This document shows, in pieces, positions 61,996 through 64,000 of a stretch of DNA of 64,000 nucleotides (within the stretch, counting starts at the first letter, position 1; each line of letters begins with the position of its first letter). Under the pieces are notes generated by a model, which did no database searches, was not told the origin of the DNA, and saw only the letters and a list, made by a program, of their open reading frames with translations. Source of the DNA: Saccostrea echinata (Eukaryota); the NCBI RefSeq assembly GCF_033153115.1, contig NW_026889751.1:434001-498000 (forward strand), written 5' to 3'. The position numbers were made by a program, and so were the translations under genes.

Positions 61996-63269
61996 GAGAC
62001 AAAAAGGTTCTCTTTACATTGAAATTATCTGATCATAGTCTAGAATTCACTTGAAGAACAAATTTTTCGATGTTATGGCTTGGCTAAACAGGCAGAAAAA
62101 GGAATTTGTATAAAATATCTTATATCTGAAGTGAAAATGCACTTATGTTTTTGTCTTTGTGTTTCAACTGTAAGCATATGCATTTTCAAGCTAAATACAC
62201 AAAGTACTCGAAGATACTTGTTTATAATACACAGGCAAAGAACTGGTATTAACTGATTGCATTGTCTAAGCAGGACACCGTGTGTAATACCTTTAAAATA
62301 ATTAATAAAGAGGTCTGAAATACACCAAAACTTATATCATTGCAGTCTTCGTCAGAGCGTAAACAAATTAATAACTTCCAAAAGATAATAGATTAAATTG
62401 TTTCTTGGGAAATTTTGTTCAGACCAACATATGCTAGGATGTCCTCAATTCAAAGAAATTTATATTTAAAGGGGGGAAAAAAAAGAAAAGAAAAGTCAAA
62501 AATGTTGTTTTTTTTCACTTTTCAACACAAAAACATCTTTTCTCCAATAGATTCAATGAACATTCCAATTATAAAAACATTTAAGAACCATATTTACACA
62601 CTATCAAGCGGTTCATCTCAAGTTCACTGTTGAAGGGAAGTCACTCTGTTTAGCTGTCTGCGTCATTAATTATGCTACACGGAAATGATGAGTTTTCTTT
62701 TTGATAGAAATACATGTACATTTAAAACTCGTAGATAAATAAAAATACATTTAAAATTTGTAGGTAAATAACTGCAAAAAAATGTCCGTTAAATAATTTA
62801 GTACCACCTTTGCATACTTTTTGTTTAAATAGTTTGTTTTTTTTCTTTGTTATTACAATTAACAATAGCTTTGAGTAATCACACTGAAATGAATACAATT
62901 TTCAGGAAGATACATGTAGTTCATCTTTTTTTTTTTTTTTAACAATCTCTGAAATCACCTATCTTAAAAGCTAAGTAATACCGTATCGTATGAAAGTGTG
63001 CATTATTTAAAGTATCTTGTGTCATACAATTCGCTCGATTTTATATTTACACGGTCATGCCTCGTTAATTTTTCTACTTTGCAAATACATGCAGACAGGT
63101 AATGTATTGATTTTCTGGAATTCAACACCTGACGCATGCGTAGTGTTTTGTTTTGATGCACCTGAATAAAGAAGACGACACGGACATAAAACATCAAAAA
63201 ATATCCGGGTAGCCATTTTCTCTCTTACAAAGTTAAATATTTTTCGAGAGTTATTCAGGCTAAACAACG

Positions 63270-63660
63270 ATGAAGTTGGGTAGAAAGTTGAAGATTTTTG
63301 CGGTAATTACTTTCATCGGCGTGGTGTTGATGACAGTTTCTTTCGTCAGTCCAGGATGGGCCAATGTTTCCGTCAGGGAAACACAACAAGACTATTCCCC
63401 TTTTTTTGATTGGAATCCTGAAAATGGCGAAAAAGTTCACCTCTCGGTTGGACTGTGGTATTTCACTATCTGTTTCCACAGATCTAAAAATGTTTACCCA
63501 CATTATATGCCTGATGCCAGCTTCGAAGATGATAGCTGGATGATGCAGAGGAGAGAAGATTCTGGCAAGGAGAAGAGATGTCATGTGTCCACCTACCACA
63601 GTCATAGAGAATCGCCATTTATGTATTCATTCCCAAGCTCTGTGTACAAGGAAATGAAAG
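63270..63660 (+). CDS. First coding exon of a second claudin/PMP22-like paralog (continues beyond the window)
   Basis: MKLGRKLKIF-TM1-SPGWA...LSVGLWYFTIC...C mirrors the gene at 52265. It ends at the same phase-1 donor type (AAAG|gtaatg). Confidence 0.8.
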
Positions 63661-64000
63661 GTAATGTTGTTATTCCCAGTGTGTTTTTTTCTCTCTCATT
63701 ACAGAAGTCGGTACACTCTGATAATCAGTATACATGTACATTTCAATAAACAAAGTGGTGAAATATATTTTGGTTTAGAATTTTTAACATGTTGTCACTA
63801 TGGGTAGATGAGTTTCTTTAAATCAATATATTTCTTCAGTCTTTGCCACTCCCTATTTTAAAATATTTATGTTCATATCTTTCAATTAAACATCCGGGTT
63901 TACGCATGCAGATTAGAGAGGACACTTTTTTTCCATTAATCGTTTTAAGATTACCATAGATGTTGCCTTCTATTGATCGTGAATCTGTATCAGGTAGCGT

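Noticed and set aside
61581-62054. Repetitive ORFs on both strands (SSVSAIIF / ALTELKMI)
   Set aside because: By-product of a stop-free 24-bp minisatellite, with no splice or domain support.

Overview
This is AT-rich, intron-rich eukaryotic DNA, most likely a bivalve mollusc (oyster-like). That assignment is inferred from pearl/HINE-type non-autonomous Helentron elements carrying ~166-bp satellite-like arrays. Six protein-coding genes were reconstructed by hand from GT-AG junctions with consistent intron phases: (1) an intron-poor EF-hand + WD40 gene of the WDR49/EFCAB8/WDY type (+, 3 exons, ~1273 aa); (2) GGA (+, 17 exons, ~678 aa); (3) AP5Z1 (-, 18 exons, ~779 aa); (4) DNAI2, head-to-head with AP5Z1 (+, 14 coding exons plus a candidate 9-nt microexon, ~604 aa); (5) a claudin/PMP22-superfamily tetraspan gene (+, 3 exons, ~312 aa); (6) the first exon of a tandem paralog of (5). 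Introns and intergenic DNA are full of HINE-like elements, TIR MITEs, hairpin elements and minisatellites. The most striking feature is a 78-bp VNTR in AP5Z1 that amplifies an exon/intron junction. It gives 11 in-phase splice donors, each unit also carrying an AATAAA and a cryptic acceptor. Other leads are a DNAI2 microexon with UGC and tandem UGCAUG signatures, a probable semi-processed retrogene, and HINEs with the same ends but swapped cargo. No rRNA, tRNA, CRISPR array or autonomous transposase was seen. All coordinates are hand-read and no searches were run.
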